From contig CBDHEY010000002.1 in the NCBI GenBank assembly GCA_965262305.1, positions 657,135 to 721,134 on the forward strand: a DNA stretch of 64,000 nt. Direction: 5' to 3'. The notes below the pieces were generated by a model that worked only from the letters and a program-made list of their open reading frames with translations, was not told the origin of the DNA and did not search any database. Source of the stretch: Cellvibrionaceae bacterium. Its GTDB lineage: Bacteria > Pseudomonadota > Gammaproteobacteria > Pseudomonadales > Cellvibrionaceae. This document shows positions 45,916-56,469 of the stretch, in pieces. Position numbers and translations under genes: made by a program. Each line of letters opens with the position of its first letter. Position 1 is the first letter of the stretch.

Positions 45916-46233
45916 ATGATTAAAACTCGTGCTTTGGTTAAGTTGGTACCACTTTTTTTCGCTTTTACTCTTGCGCCTTCTTGCAGTAAAAAGGAAGATG
46001 TAACTGAGTCAATTACATTAGACGGTGGTTCTTATCCCGGTGACGATGCATTGGGAATGTGGGAATCAATTACTAAAAACAACTGTACCGACAAAGCGAA
46101 GGCAAAATATTCGGATGGTAAATCTTTTCAGTTGATGACGTTTGAGACGGTGCCTAACCCTCCCAGAAAGTCTGCAGATGGTAAAAAAAGTGAATATGAT
46201 CAAGTAAACTGTACGGTAAAAGTTTCTTTTTAA
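45916..46233 (+). CDS. Small hypothetical lipoprotein
   Basis: Signal peptide with lipobox (LAPSC). The start is taken at the ATG at 45916; the ORF-track start at 45829 adds 29 residues and is less likely. Contains a CTDKAKAK...CTVK Cys pair. Confidence 0.5.
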   Translation: MIKTRALVKLVPLFFAFTLAPSCSKKEDVTESITLDGGSYPGDDALGMWESITKNNCTDKAKAKYSDGKSFQLMTFETVPNPPRKSADGKKSEYDQVNCTVKVSF

Positions 46234-46247
46234 GGAAAGTATTACCG

Positions 46248-46757
46248 CTATTTGATTTTCCATTTACCATCTATCTTTTTCATCACGGCAACGGTTGAAA
46301 ATTTGGGTTGCCGTTCATTCAAATAATACTTAACCTCTACATGATAATTCTCTGGCTCTAGAATATGTGGCCTTATACTTATTGAAAAATGCTTGTCGAA
46401 ACGCGCGTTTGCAATATATTTTTTATCTTGAATTCCACCAAAACGTTTGATGCGATAATCAATGCCTTCTTTTGTGTAAAGTGTTTTGAGCAATTCAATA
46501 TTTTGCGTTCTTGCGATCATTGCATAATCGAACGCTGCCTTTTCTATACTGCCAGGCATATATGCAAAATTAAACGGCTCATCTATTACAAGACTTTTGG
46601 TTAAAACGGTGTGGTTTTCAATCGATTTTCGAGAAAGCTCCTCATCTTCTCTTACTGCTTCTGTTTTTGCATTTGCATTTGATGAATTTATGATGAACAC
46701 AAGCAGCAAAAACCAAGCTCTTTTCGGAGTTGAAATGAGGAGTACTAAAGCTTTCAT
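46248..46757 (-). CDS. Secreted hypothetical protein
   Basis: Cleavable signal peptide (LLLVFIINSSNANA). 169 aa. No recognisable motifs. Confidence 0.45.
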   Translation of the reverse strand: MKALVLLISTPKRAWFLLLVFIINSSNANAKTEAVREDEELSRKSIENHTVLTKSLVIDEPFNFAYMPGSIEKAAFDYAMIARTQNIELLKTLYTKEGIDYRIKRFGGIQDKKYIANARFDKHFSISIRPHILEPENYHVEVKYYLNERQPKFSTVAVMKKIDGKWKIK

Positions 46758-46811
46758 TTGTATAAGTGTCTTTATATTATTTTTATTAGTGACTGTATAA
46801 ACTCAATCTAC

Positions 46812-47255
46812 TTAAAGACTAGCAAAACTTCTGTGCTTATATGTTAATTCTAACAATCTATCTATCTGGTTTATGTCTTTCAAATAAGTAACATGTAAAT
46901 GGCTTAAACTGATATCAATATCTTTGATATCAGTTTGTTGCTCAAGAATTGTTTGTAGTTGATCAATAGTGACTTCTTTTTCAGATATTTGTTCTAATAT
47001 TTTGGGGTTGATTTCCGCGCGTCCGGTATTAGGTAAATAAATAGTCCCATTGGAAAAATCAACTGCAAACGCTATTACTCCCGGAATTAAAAAGAAAAGT
47101 AAACCAATTGCATTCAACGCTACCACACCAGTATCCAGCTGCCCATCTATTTGGCCTTTTCGTTCAGGGTATAAGATGGTTCCGCACCCAGTAGCATTAA
47201 AAATCAATGTAAAACATAAACATATGGTTGCAACTAGCTTAATTGGTTTACTCAT
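46812..47255 (-). CDS. Hypothetical lipoprotein with an internal hydrophobic segment
   Basis: Lipobox (FNATGCG). Internal hydrophobic helix (VVALNAIGLLFFLIPGVIAFAV). 147 aa. Confidence 0.45.
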   Translation of the reverse strand: MSKPIKLVATICLCFTLIFNATGCGTILYPERKGQIDGQLDTGVVALNAIGLLFFLIPGVIAFAVDFSNGTIYLPNTGRAEINPKILEQISEKEVTIDQLQTILEQQTDIKDIDISLSHLHVTYLKDINQIDRLLELTYKHRSFASL

Positions 47256-47299
47256 TTCCGGTTTTCCCCAAAATAGAAAATTAATAAGTGAACAAGAAG

Positions 47300-48592
47300 T
47301 TAGTTATTTGATTTTTCTCGTTCAATAGCACGGTAAGCAATATCTGTGCGCATATAAACATCATTCCATTTAATTTTTCTAGCCTGCTCATACGCTAATT
47401 TTTGAGCTTGTGACACAGTTTCACCTAATGCAGTAGCACACAGCACGCGACCGCCGTTAGTCACTATGTCATCACCGAGTAATTTTGTGCCTGCATGAAA
47501 TACTTTGCTTGATTCGGAGTCACAATTTTCCAGTCCTGAAATTGAATTTCCTTTTTCATAAGAACCTGGATAACCGCCCGAAGCGAGTACAACTCCGACT
47601 GAGGCCCTAGAATCCCATTTTGTTTCACATTTATCCAGTGACTTATCAAGCGCCGAAAGGCAAAGAGAGGTTAAATCAGACTCAAGTCGAAGCATGATAG
47701 GTTGTGTTTCTGGATCTCCAAAACGGCAGTTGTATTCGATTACTTTAGGTTGTCCATCGTCAGATATCATAAGGCCTGCATAAAGAAAACCTGTATATGG
47801 ATTTCCTTCATCCGCCATGCCTTTGATCGTCGGCTTAATCACCTGCTCCATAATTCGTTCGTAGATTTCAGTCGTAACCACTGGTGCGGGTGAATAGGCA
47901 CCCATGCCGCCGGTATTGAGGCCAGTGTCACCATCACCAGCTCGCTTATGATCTTGGCTGGTTGCCATAGGGAGTATATTTTCTCCATCGGCAATAACGA
48001 TAAAGCTAGCTTCTTCACCTTCTAAGAATTCTTCAATAACTACTCTCGCACCAGCATCGCCAAAAGCGTTTTCTGCAAGCATATCGATAATTGCTTCTTC
48101 CGCTGTCGCTAAATCCATTGCGACTATTACGCCCTTACCTGCGGCAAGACCATCGGCTTTTACGACAATGGGTGCGCCTTTATCGCGCACATAGGCAAGT
48201 GCTGGATCAACATGGCTAAATGCTTGATAACTTGCTGTAGGAATATTGTGTCTTGCAAGAAAGTCTTTGGTGAATTCTTTAGATCCTTCAAGTTGTGCCG
48301 CACCTTGTCGTGGGCCAAAGCACCTTAGACCTGCAGACTCGAATGCGTCAACAATTCCTGCGACTAAGGGTACTTCTGGTCCTACAATTGTAAGTTCGAC
48401 AGCATTTTTTTTTGCAAAGTCGATTTGTTTTTCAAAATCTAAAACGTCAATGGCAATGTTTTCCATTTTAGTTTCTGATGCCGTGCCTGCGTTGCCTGGT
48501 GCAACAAAAACCTTGCTAACCTTTTCACTTTTGGCGCATTTCCAAGCAAGTGCATGTTCACGGCCACCGCTTCCAATAATTAATATGTTCAT
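47300..48592 (-). CDS. purD: Phosphoribosylamine--glycine ligase
   Basis: MNILIIGSGGREHALAWK N-terminus. ATP-grasp body. 430 aa. Confidence 0.95.
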   Translation of the reverse strand: MNILIIGSGGREHALAWKCAKSEKVSKVFVAPGNAGTASETKMENIAIDVLDFEKQIDFAKKNAVELTIVGPEVPLVAGIVDAFESAGLRCFGPRQGAAQLEGSKEFTKDFLARHNIPTASYQAFSHVDPALAYVRDKGAPIVVKADGLAAGKGVIVAMDLATAEEAIIDMLAENAFGDAGARVVIEEFLEGEEASFIVIADGENILPMATSQDHKRAGDGDTGLNTGGMGAYSPAPVVTTEIYERIMEQVIKPTIKGMADEGNPYTGFLYAGLMISDDGQPKVIEYNCRFGDPETQPIMLRLESDLTSLCLSALDKSLDKCETKWDSRASVGVVLASGGYPGSYEKGNSISGLENCDSESSKVFHAGTKLLGDDIVTNGGRVLCATALGETVSQAQKLAYEQARKIKWNDVYMRTDIAYRAIEREKSNN

Positions 48593-48606
48593 TTTCCAGC
48601 TCCTAT

Positions 48607-50184
48607 TTAATGCCTAAAATGACGCATACCGGTAAATACCATGGTTATGTCATGCTCATCTGCTGCTGCAATAACCTCTTCATCACGCATGGAGCCTCCT
48701 GGCTGAATCACCGCCTGGATACCATAGTTGGCGGCGTTATCAATACCGTCTCTAAACGGGAAGAATGCATCGGAAGCCATTGCGGCTCCCTCTACTTTTA
48801 GGCCCGCATGTTCCGCCTTGATTGCAGCGATACGTGCTGAATTGACACGACTCATTTGTCCAGCGCCGACTCCAATTGTTTGGAGGCCTTTGGCATAGAT
48901 AATGGCATTTGATTTAACCATCTTGGCCACTTTCCAAGCAAATAGTAGGTCAGCGATTTGTTCTGGTGACGGAGTGCGACGAGTTACTACCTTCAAGTCC
49001 TTTTGATTTATTACACCCAAATCCCTGTCTTGAACAAGAAGACCGCCAGTAACGCGTTTGTAATCTAGTCCTGGTTCCTGATCAGAAGAAAAATCGCCGC
49101 ATTCTAGCAAACGTATATTCTTCTTAGTTTGCACTGTTTCAACGGCCTCTGGTGAGGCGCTCGGTGCAATAATGACCTCAACAAATTGTTTTTCTATTAT
49201 GCTTTTAGCCGTATCTTCATCAAGGGGGCGATTAAAAGCAATAATTCCACCAAAGGCTGATTCAGGGTCTGTATCGAAGGCTTTGAGATACGCATTTAGC
49301 TGTGAATCTGCAATTGCGACGCCACAAGGATTTGCATGCTTTACTATAACGCAGGCTGGCTCATCAAATTGTTTGACGGTTTCAAGAGCGGCATCAGTAT
49401 CGGCAACGTTATTAAATGATAATTCTTTACCGTGAAGTTGTTTTGCGGTTGCAATCGAGGCTGAGTCAGTGTTCTTCTCAGTGTAGAAAGCGGCTTTTTG
49501 GTGAGGGTTTTCACCATATCGCATATTTTGTTTTTTTAAGAACTGGGTATTAATTGTCCTTGGAAACTGAGTTTCGCTTGAATCAATTTTATTGCCAAGG
49601 TAATTGGCAATAGCAGCGTCATAGCTGGCGGTGTGTTCGAAAGCTGCGACGGATAAGTCAAATCGAGTTTCAGAAGAAACTTGACCATTATTTTGTTCTA
49701 ATTCTTCGGTTACCCTAGCATAGTCACTTGAGTTAACAACGATGGTGACGTGCTGGTAGTTTTTAGCTGCGGCTCGCACCATGGTTGGACCACCAATGTC
49801 TATATTTTCAATGGCGGTAGCAAGATCGCAATCAGGATTGGACACTGTTTTTTCGAAGGGGTAGAGGTTAACCACCACCATGTCGATTGGGGTTATACCG
49901 TGATCGGACATAACCGTGTCGTCTATTCCTCTTCTTCCGAGTATGCCGCCATGCACTCTTGGATGCAGTGTTTTTACTCGGCCGTCCATCATTTCAGGAA
50001 ATTCGGTGTAATCGGAAACTTCAGTTACCGGTATGCTATTTTGTGCTAGAAGTGTGTATGTCCCGCCCGTTGATAATATTTCTACTCCCTGATTACTCAA
50101 GGATTTAGCAAATTCTACAATGCCGTTTTTGTCGGAAACGCTAATAAGTACGCGGTTAACTTTTACCAAGCCCGATGCTGTCAT
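48607..50184 (-). CDS. purH: Bifunctional AICAR formyltransferase / IMP cyclohydrolase
   Basis: MGS-like N-terminal domain ([16 protein letters not shown]) and AICARFT C-terminal domain. The ATG at 50184 has a GAGGAA RBS. The ORF-track TTG at 50202 is less likely. Confidence 0.93.
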   Translation of the reverse strand: MTASGLVKVNRVLISVSDKNGIVEFAKSLSNQGVEILSTGGTYTLLAQNSIPVTEVSDYTEFPEMMDGRVKTLHPRVHGGILGRRGIDDTVMSDHGITPIDMVVVNLYPFEKTVSNPDCDLATAIENIDIGGPTMVRAAAKNYQHVTIVVNSSDYARVTEELEQNNGQVSSETRFDLSVAAFEHTASYDAAIANYLGNKIDSSETQFPRTINTQFLKKQNMRYGENPHQKAAFYTEKNTDSASIATAKQLHGKELSFNNVADTDAALETVKQFDEPACVIVKHANPCGVAIADSQLNAYLKAFDTDPESAFGGIIAFNRPLDEDTAKSIIEKQFVEVIIAPSASPEAVETVQTKKNIRLLECGDFSSDQEPGLDYKRVTGGLLVQDRDLGVINQKDLKVVTRRTPSPEQIADLLFAWKVAKMVKSNAIIYAKGLQTIGVGAGQMSRVNSARIAAIKAEHAGLKVEGAAMASDAFFPFRDGIDNAANYGIQAVIQPGGSMRDEEVIAAADEHDITMVFTGMRHFRH

Positions 50185-50221
50185 TCGATGAAAGTTCCTC
50201 AATATATAGTTGGGTACGAAA

Positions 50222-50257
50222 GGTTAAACAAACAAAGGGAACTTAGAGTTCCCTTTG
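50222..50257 (-). terminator. Rho-independent terminator downstream of fis
   Basis: Perfect 10-11 bp inverted repeat CAAAGGGAAC(t)-tag-(a)GTTCCCTTTG. On the minus strand it is followed by TTTGTTTGTTT. Confidence 0.7.
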
Positions 50258-50326
50258 TGTTTCAATTGCTGGAGAAGCGAATTTGGTTTTATCGCAGACT
50301 AAGTTTTTTAGTGCGATATTGAGATT

Positions 50327-50641
50327 TTATAGTAACCCGTACTGTTTTAATTTTTTGCGTAAAGTACCACGGTTTAATCCTAGGATATTAGCGGCTTTAG
50401 TTTGATTGTGGCGGGTAAACTTCATAACTACTTCTAGCATCGGCGCTTCTACTTCGGCTAAAACCATATCGTAAACGTCAGTAACGTCTTGGCCATCTAA
50501 GTGCTGGAAATAATTAGTTACTGCGCGCTCAACGCAATCTCTCAACGATTGATCCTGCGGGTTGTTGTAAGTTTCTGGTTGAGCCTGAAGGTTAGATAAG
50601 TCCCTAGGTTTTTCGTTATAAAGCGTGTCCGCAATACTCAT
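50327..50641 (-). CDS. fis: DNA-binding protein Fis
   Basis: C-terminal [28 protein letters not shown] is near-identical to E. coli Fis. The gene is overlapped by the dusB stop. Confidence 0.93.
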   Translation of the reverse strand: MSIADTLYNEKPRDLSNLQAQPETYNNPQDQSLRDCVERAVTNYFQHLDGQDVTDVYDMVLAEVEAPMLEVVMKFTRHNQTKAANILGLNRGTLRKKLKQYGLL

Positions 50642-51624
50642 GCTACTTTTTCCTCGTGATTTATATACTCTTTAAAATTAATTCGAACTAAATCCAGTTG
50701 TAATTCTGTGGTCTCTATTTGATTAAAATCGCTAACAATATCTTTAGGTAGACCAAAGTTTTGGCAATACCAAAGAAAGTGTTTTCTAGCAATCCTTATA
50801 CCCTGAAGTTCTCCATAGTGGTCATATAGGCCATTAAAATGGGCTTCTATTGTATTAATTATTTGTTCCGAAGACGATTCTTGCTGTTTGGTGTCGGTTA
50901 GTTCTTGATTGATTTGCTGGAATATCCATGGGTTTCCCCACGAAGCTCTTCCTATCATTACCGCACTTGCCCCAGTCTCTTTTAATATCTTTTTGGCTTT
51001 ATAGGCGGAATCAATATCTCCGTTAACAATGACCGGGATTGATAAGCTCTTTGCCAATTGTGTCGCGGTATCGTATTCCGCTGCACCATTAAATTTACAA
51101 GCCCTTGTCCGCCCATGCATGGCAATGGCGGAAACTCCAGAATCTTCAGCTATTTTTGCTACTGTAGGTCCATTTTTTTTTAATGGGCTCCATCCCGTTC
51201 GGGTTTTGAGGGTTACTGGCACTTTTACTGCTTTAACTACTCTTTGCAATATGCTTTCAACAAGTTCTTCGTTGTCTAAAAGTGCGGACCCCGCCAACTT
51301 CTTGCATACTTTTTTTGCAGGACACCCCATATTTATATCAATTATCTGCGCCCCTCGATCTTCCGCTGCTATAGCCGCTTCTGCGAGCAGTTTTGGATCG
51401 CTGCCCGCTATTTGTATTGATGTAAGTGGGTCGTCTTCATCTGTTACTAGTCTATGAGCACTCTTTTTGGTCTTCCAAAGTGATACGTCACTTGTAATCA
51501 TTTCTGATGTTGTAAGCCCGGCTCCATAGAAACGACAGAGTTTTCGATACGGCTTATCGGTAATTCCCGCCATTGGAGCTAAAAGAACCCGACTTTTAAT
51601 CTCATAGGGTCCAATTTTGAACAA
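50638..51624 (-). CDS. dusB: tRNA-dihydrouridine synthase B
   Basis: TIM-barrel Dus motifs ([21 protein letters not shown]). In the dusB-fis operon arrangement. Confidence 0.92.
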   Translation of the reverse strand: MFKIGPYEIKSRVLLAPMAGITDKPYRKLCRFYGAGLTTSEMITSDVSLWKTKKSAHRLVTDEDDPLTSIQIAGSDPKLLAEAAIAAEDRGAQIIDINMGCPAKKVCKKLAGSALLDNEELVESILQRVVKAVKVPVTLKTRTGWSPLKKNGPTVAKIAEDSGVSAIAMHGRTRACKFNGAAEYDTATQLAKSLSIPVIVNGDIDSAYKAKKILKETGASAVMIGRASWGNPWIFQQINQELTDTKQQESSSEQIINTIEAHFNGLYDHYGELQGIRIARKHFLWYCQNFGLPKDIVSDFNQIETTELQLDLVRINFKEYINHEEKVA

Positions 51625-51775
51625 AGTGTTATGCCCCCAACACCCTAATATTTTTAGTTCTCATCGATCCTGTTTGGTTATGGTTCTTTCTATCCCAAAA
51701 AGGTGGGCTATGATACCTGTTGTTAACGCATTTTGGAATGCACAATTTAATCAGATTGATTAAAAAGTGATAGAT

Positions 51776-52969
51776 TTAAGGACAAATTGCAATTTTATAT
51801 CCTAATGCAGATTTACCTGGATGCATTATCTCCAGAGCGATATGGATAGGTTGTCTCACAGGCATTAATTTTCTACCTTTAAGCTCTCCAGCGAGATATT
51901 CTTTTGGCTTAAAACAACGGGAGGCAACGACTTGATTGGTGTGATCTGTAAAGGCAAGTTCAATTGGTGGAAAGTTTTGTTCAAAGAAGGCAGAGTTTTG
52001 CAGTATAAAATCGACTACGAGCGAATTTACCGCGTTGGGGTTTTCTCTAATGACAAGGTTTCTTGCTGATACTTGGCTGAGATCGCTTATTGTTGGTAGT
52101 TTGCAGCCTAAAATTTCACACGCTTGAACGTAATAGGGGCGAAAGTTCCCGTCACGACTAAGTTTATCCATATTTATCCAGGCGTATTGAAAAAACAAAA
52201 GCGCCCCAGCCAAGATTGAAAGATTGGCCCAAAGTATATTTGAATTCCACCAAGCACCAGAAGTCCTCCAGGTAAACTCCACTGGCTCGGGTTCAATAGA
52301 GTCTAGAAACTGTGCGGATAAACCTGGAGCAATTGAGTCATTTTTTTGATAATTTTTTTTATCTCCTGGAACCTCCTGGGAGCCATAGTCTATGTCGTCG
52401 AAGTGCGCCTCTAGGTGCTGTGAATCGTCAAAATCTTCTAAGATATCGTCTTCATCTTCCAATATTTGAAACTTATCGGTTTGATAGTGGGCTGCATAAT
52501 CGACACCAGACTCTTCGATCTCTTCATATTCTTCTTCTGGTTCTGGTGGTTGAGTGTATTCCTCGTCTTCGGATTCGCTCTTAATTAGATCGAGTGCCCA
52601 CGAATCATCTGCTGATTGGTTTTCTGTTTCTTTTTCTTCGATCAGTTCACGTTCGAAAAGGTTAGAATCATTATTCGAATTGGTACGTTTGTCAGATGTA
52701 TTTTGAGTAAATTCGGAACTGAAGACTTCTTCATGGTTGGTTTGCTCGATTCCCATATCATCGCTAATGAGAAATTCTTCAGTTTCAGCTTTAGTCTCTT
52801 GCTCTTTGACAGGTTCTTCTTTTTGGGGCATCACTGCTAAGTGATCTATTGCATTAAATACCGCCAGGCAGGAGCCGCACCTAACCGATCCTTTTGCCGG
52901 TTTTAGGTGAGCATCAGTAACTCTAAAGGAGGTATGGCATTTAGGGCAGCGAGTAATATGTTCAGCCAT
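51776..52969 (-). CDS. Zinc-ribbon (MJ0042-type) / DUF3426 protein with a long acidic linker
   Basis: N-terminal CPKC...CGSC ribbon. Highly acidic low-complexity middle region. A TM segment, then a C-terminal DUF3426-like domain. It occupies the conserved slot between prmA and dusB. Confidence 0.7.
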   Translation of the reverse strand: MAEHITRCPKCHTSFRVTDAHLKPAKGSVRCGSCLAVFNAIDHLAVMPQKEEPVKEQETKAETEEFLISDDMGIEQTNHEEVFSSEFTQNTSDKRTNSNNDSNLFERELIEEKETENQSADDSWALDLIKSESEDEEYTQPPEPEEEYEEIEESGVDYAAHYQTDKFQILEDEDDILEDFDDSQHLEAHFDDIDYGSQEVPGDKKNYQKNDSIAPGLSAQFLDSIEPEPVEFTWRTSGAWWNSNILWANLSILAGALLFFQYAWINMDKLSRDGNFRPYYVQACEILGCKLPTISDLSQVSARNLVIRENPNAVNSLVVDFILQNSAFFEQNFPPIELAFTDHTNQVVASRCFKPKEYLAGELKGRKLMPVRQPIHIALEIMHPGKSALGYKIAICP

Positions 52970-53127
52970 TTAGGCGAATTCCTCAATGCAAGGTACAAAA
53001 AGCATGTAATTTTTTAGTTTAAACCTATGGGTCTTAGGAGTAAATTAATTTAATGATATTTGTTTTTAAGTATGTGCTGCAACTAGTTGTTTTGCCAGAC
53101 TATTTACTTTTTTACGAATCGAATTGT

Positions 53128-54006
53128 CTACTTTCGTGAAGCCGTGATGCACGCCCATCCATCTTTAGCCGAAATCTCTTCAATTTCAAAGTCATTTGAG
53201 TAGGCAGAGACTATTGTTGACTCTTGGATTTGCAGAATGCCTGATAGACAGAGCTTTCCTCCTGGTTTGGTAATTGCTCCAATGGGTTTGGCGAGTTCAA
53301 TCAATGGACCGGCTAAAATATTAGCAAATACAAAGTCCGCAGGCGCATCAGGGAGTTTAGATGGGAAAAATACTGGGAAATTTTCAGCTGCGAATCCATT
53401 TCGTTCAGCGTTATCTTTAGTGGCGATTATCGCTTGTGGGTCGATATCGACACCTACAACAGTATGCGCTTTGAGCAGCAGCGCTGCGATTCCGAGAATA
53501 CCTGAGCCACACCCGTAGTCGATCACGGATTTGTTTGAAAAGCTTTGCTTTGCGATCCATTGGAGGCACAAAAAAGTGGTGGGGTGCGTGCCGGTTCCAA
53601 AAGCTAATCCTGGATCAAGCATTAGATTGACTGCCCCAGGCTCCGGGGGAGGTGTCCAGCTAGGACATATCCAAAAATTTTCGTGACATTGGATCGGATG
53701 GTAGTGAGTCATCCATTCGCGCTCCCAGTCCTTGTCTTCGAGTATTTGCCACTGAAATGAGTCAATCTTGTGCTGAGTTTCTTGCTCGATTTTGCTTAAT
53801 ACTGCGTCCGTATCAATATCTGCATGAAACAACCCCGTTAAGCGAGTATCTTGCCAAAGGGGCGTCTCACCAATTTCTGGCTCAAATATTGGTTCGTCTG
53901 CGTTATCTTGGAGTGTTACAGAGAGCGCTTCGCACTTCGAAAGCGCATCTTCCAGATTGGGCGCATCATTTCTTGTGGTATTTATTCTGAGTTGAAGCCA
54001 GGGCAT
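53128..54006 (-). CDS. prmA: Ribosomal protein L11 methyltransferase
   Basis: SAM-binding DYGCGSGILGIAA. 292 aa. Conserved accC-prmA order. Confidence 0.92.
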   Translation of the reverse strand: MPWLQLRINTTRNDAPNLEDALSKCEALSVTLQDNADEPIFEPEIGETPLWQDTRLTGLFHADIDTDAVLSKIEQETQHKIDSFQWQILEDKDWEREWMTHYHPIQCHENFWICPSWTPPPEPGAVNLMLDPGLAFGTGTHPTTFLCLQWIAKQSFSNKSVIDYGCGSGILGIAALLLKAHTVVGVDIDPQAIIATKDNAERNGFAAENFPVFFPSKLPDAPADFVFANILAGPLIELAKPIGAITKPGGKLCLSGILQIQESTIVSAYSNDFEIEEISAKDGWACITASRK

Positions 54007-54017
54007 AAAATGTTTGT

Positions 54018-55358
54018 TTATAACCCTAGCTTTTTCTCTAAATAGTGAATATTAACTCCGCCCTCAGCAAAAGCACTATCTCGAACGAGATCTTTTTGCA
54101 GGTCGATATTAGTTTTTATGCCGCCAACAATAAGCTCATCTAAAGCATTTTCCATTCTCTTAAGAGCGGTATCTCTGTCATCGCCGTGAGTAATGAGTTT
54201 AGCGATCATTGAGTCGTAATACGGTGGAACTGAATAGCCACTGTAAAGATGAGAATCTACTCTCACTCCCAGTCCGCCGGGAGGATGATAATTTGAAACT
54301 AACCCCGGACTCGGCATAAAAGTTTTCGAATCTTCTGCATTAATTCGACATTCGAAAGCATGTCCTTTTACTTTTATATCTTCTTGTCTTAATGCCAGTG
54401 GTTCACCAGCACAAACTTTTATTTGCTCCCTGATTAAATCTACCCCAGTTATCATTTCTGTTACTGGGTGTTCAACCTGAATACGCGTATTCATTTCAAT
54501 AAAATAAAAGCGGCCGTCTTCAAACAAAAACTCAAATGTTCCAGCGCCTTTATAATTAATCTCAACACATGCATTCACGCAAGCTTGATAGACATCTTGG
54601 CGCACATAATCTTCAATATGTGGCGCAGGGGCTTCTTCTAACACTTTTTGATGACGTCTTTGCAGTGAGCAATCTCGGTCGAATAAGTGAACAGCATTAC
54701 CTTGACCATCTGAAAGAATTTGTATTTCTACATGGCGTGGATTTTGTAGAAATTTCTCCATGTAAACGGTATCGTCACCGAAAGCGGCTCCGGCTTCTGT
54801 TTTGGTCACCCTGATGGAATTCCAAAGCGCAGATTCAGTATGAACTACACGCATGCCGCGACCACCTCCACCAGCGGCGGCTTTGATTATAACTGGGTAG
54901 CCAATTTTTGAGGCTATTTCCATACAAGCCTCTCGATCATCTGGCAAAGGGCCGCCAGATCCTGGGACAGTTGGAACGCCGGCCTTTTTCATCGCTTCAA
55001 TAGCTGATACTTTATCACCCATTAAGCGAATCACATCGGGGTCAGGGCCTATAAACGTAAAACCACTGCGCTGAACTTGCTCTGCAAAATCTGCATTTTC
55101 GGCAAGAAAACCATACCCTGGATGCACAGCAACCGAATCCGTGATCTCCATAGCAGAAATGATCGCAGGTATGTTTAGATAACTGTCTTTTGATGCATTA
55201 GGACCGATACAAACGGACTCATCTGCGAGTAAAACGTGCTTGAGGTCACGATCAGCTTTTGAATAAACGGCAACAGTCTTAATACCCAATTCTTTACAGC
55301 TGCGTAAAATGCGCAGTGCAATTTCACCACGATTCGCAATTAGAACCTTTTCGAACAT
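54018..55358 (-). CDS. accC: Acetyl-CoA carboxylase, biotin carboxylase subunit
   Basis: [18 protein letters not shown]-terminus. ATP-grasp and biotin carboxylase C-terminal domains. 446 aa. Confidence 0.96.
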   Translation of the reverse strand: MFEKVLIANRGEIALRILRSCKELGIKTVAVYSKADRDLKHVLLADESVCIGPNASKDSYLNIPAIISAMEITDSVAVHPGYGFLAENADFAEQVQRSGFTFIGPDPDVIRLMGDKVSAIEAMKKAGVPTVPGSGGPLPDDREACMEIASKIGYPVIIKAAAGGGGRGMRVVHTESALWNSIRVTKTEAGAAFGDDTVYMEKFLQNPRHVEIQILSDGQGNAVHLFDRDCSLQRRHQKVLEEAPAPHIEDYVRQDVYQACVNACVEINYKGAGTFEFLFEDGRFYFIEMNTRIQVEHPVTEMITGVDLIREQIKVCAGEPLALRQEDIKVKGHAFECRINAEDSKTFMPSPGLVSNYHPPGGLGVRVDSHLYSGYSVPPYYDSMIAKLITHGDDRDTALKRMENALDELIVGGIKTNIDLQKDLVRDSAFAEGGVNIHYLEKKLGL

Positions 55359-55377
55359 GAAAATTTCTCCGTGCGAA

Positions 55378-55845
55378 TTAAGAAATGACGATCAAAGGTT
55401 GATCAAAATCGACAGGTTGACCATCTTCTACAAGGATTGATTCTACGACACCGGCTTTATCGCTTTCGATTTGATTCATCATTTTCATCGCTTCAACAAT
55501 ACAAATCACATCTCCTGCTTTCACTGTCTGACCAACCTCAACAAATGCTGATGCACCGGGACTAGGTGAACGATAGAAAGTACCTACCATTGGTGAGTTC
55601 ACAGTATGGTTTGATGATGCATCTTGTTTATTTTCTGGTTCGGCTGATGGGGCTGCTACAGGAGCTTGAGTCTGAGCTGAAGCTGCTACTGGGGCTGCTT
55701 GTGGCATAGCCATTTGAGGTAGTATTGTCGTTTTTGAGCCACGACTAATCCTTACTGATTCTTCTCCTTCTTTAATTTCTAACTCTTCAATGTTTGATTC
55801 TTCAAGGAGTTCTATTAATTTTTTTATCTTTCGAATGTCCAACAC
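55378..55845 (-). CDS. accB: Acetyl-CoA carboxylase, biotin carboxyl carrier protein
   Basis: [10 protein letters not shown] biotinylation motif. Ala/Pro-rich linker. 155 aa. Confidence 0.95.
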   Translation of the reverse strand: MLDIRKIKKLIELLEESNIEELEIKEGEESVRISRGSKTTILPQMAMPQAAPVAASAQTQAPVAAPSAEPENKQDASSNHTVNSPMVGTFYRSPSPGASAFVEVGQTVKAGDVICIVEAMKMMNQIESDKAGVVESILVEDGQPVDFDQPLIVIS

Positions 55846-55880
55846 ATCCCCCTAGATTAAATATCTATTTTGGTTTTTAT

Positions 55881-56324
55881 TTATTTGCCTTTGAGAATAT
55901 CAATGGCGGCTTTTAAGGCTAGTGAATAGCTATTTGCGCCAAATCCACAGATTACGCCTTTAGCAATATCAGAAAAATAAGAATGGTGACGGAAATTCTC
56001 GCGCTGGTGGACGTTCGAGAGGTGACATTCGATGAACGGAATATCAACCGCACTTAATGCATCTCTAAGTGCGACGCTTGTATGGGTAAATGCAGCTGGG
56101 TTGAAAATGATAAATTCGATGTTTTCGGATTTAGCACTATGTATCCGATTTATTAATTCAAATTCCGCATTACTCTGAAAGCTTACGAGCGAGTATCCAC
56201 TTGCAGTAACTTCAGATGTTAGTTTGTTATCTATGTCCGCTAGCGTCGTCTTACCGTAGACTTCTGGTTCTCGCGTGCCAAGCATATTCAAATTTGGTCC
56301 GTGCAAAACGAGAATGCTAGCCAT
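55881..56324 (-). CDS. aroQ: 3-dehydroquinate dehydratase, type II
   Basis: [22 protein letters not shown]-terminus. 147 aa. Confidence 0.93.
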   Translation of the reverse strand: MASILVLHGPNLNMLGTREPEVYGKTTLADIDNKLTSEVTASGYSLVSFQSNAEFELINRIHSAKSENIEFIIFNPAAFTHTSVALRDALSAVDIPFIECHLSNVHQRENFRHHSYFSDIAKGVICGFGANSYSLALKAAIDILKGK

Positions 56325-56469
56325 CTTTATTGCCTACTGTCGCAAAATTCTGAGATTTGTAACTAAATGTTACGAAAATCCGTAAAATTCTTTATTTGTC
56401 TTTAGCTGAGCGGATTTTGCCTAAATTACGCTATTGTGTCCATTAAAAGCATAACTTTTTTGACATTTT

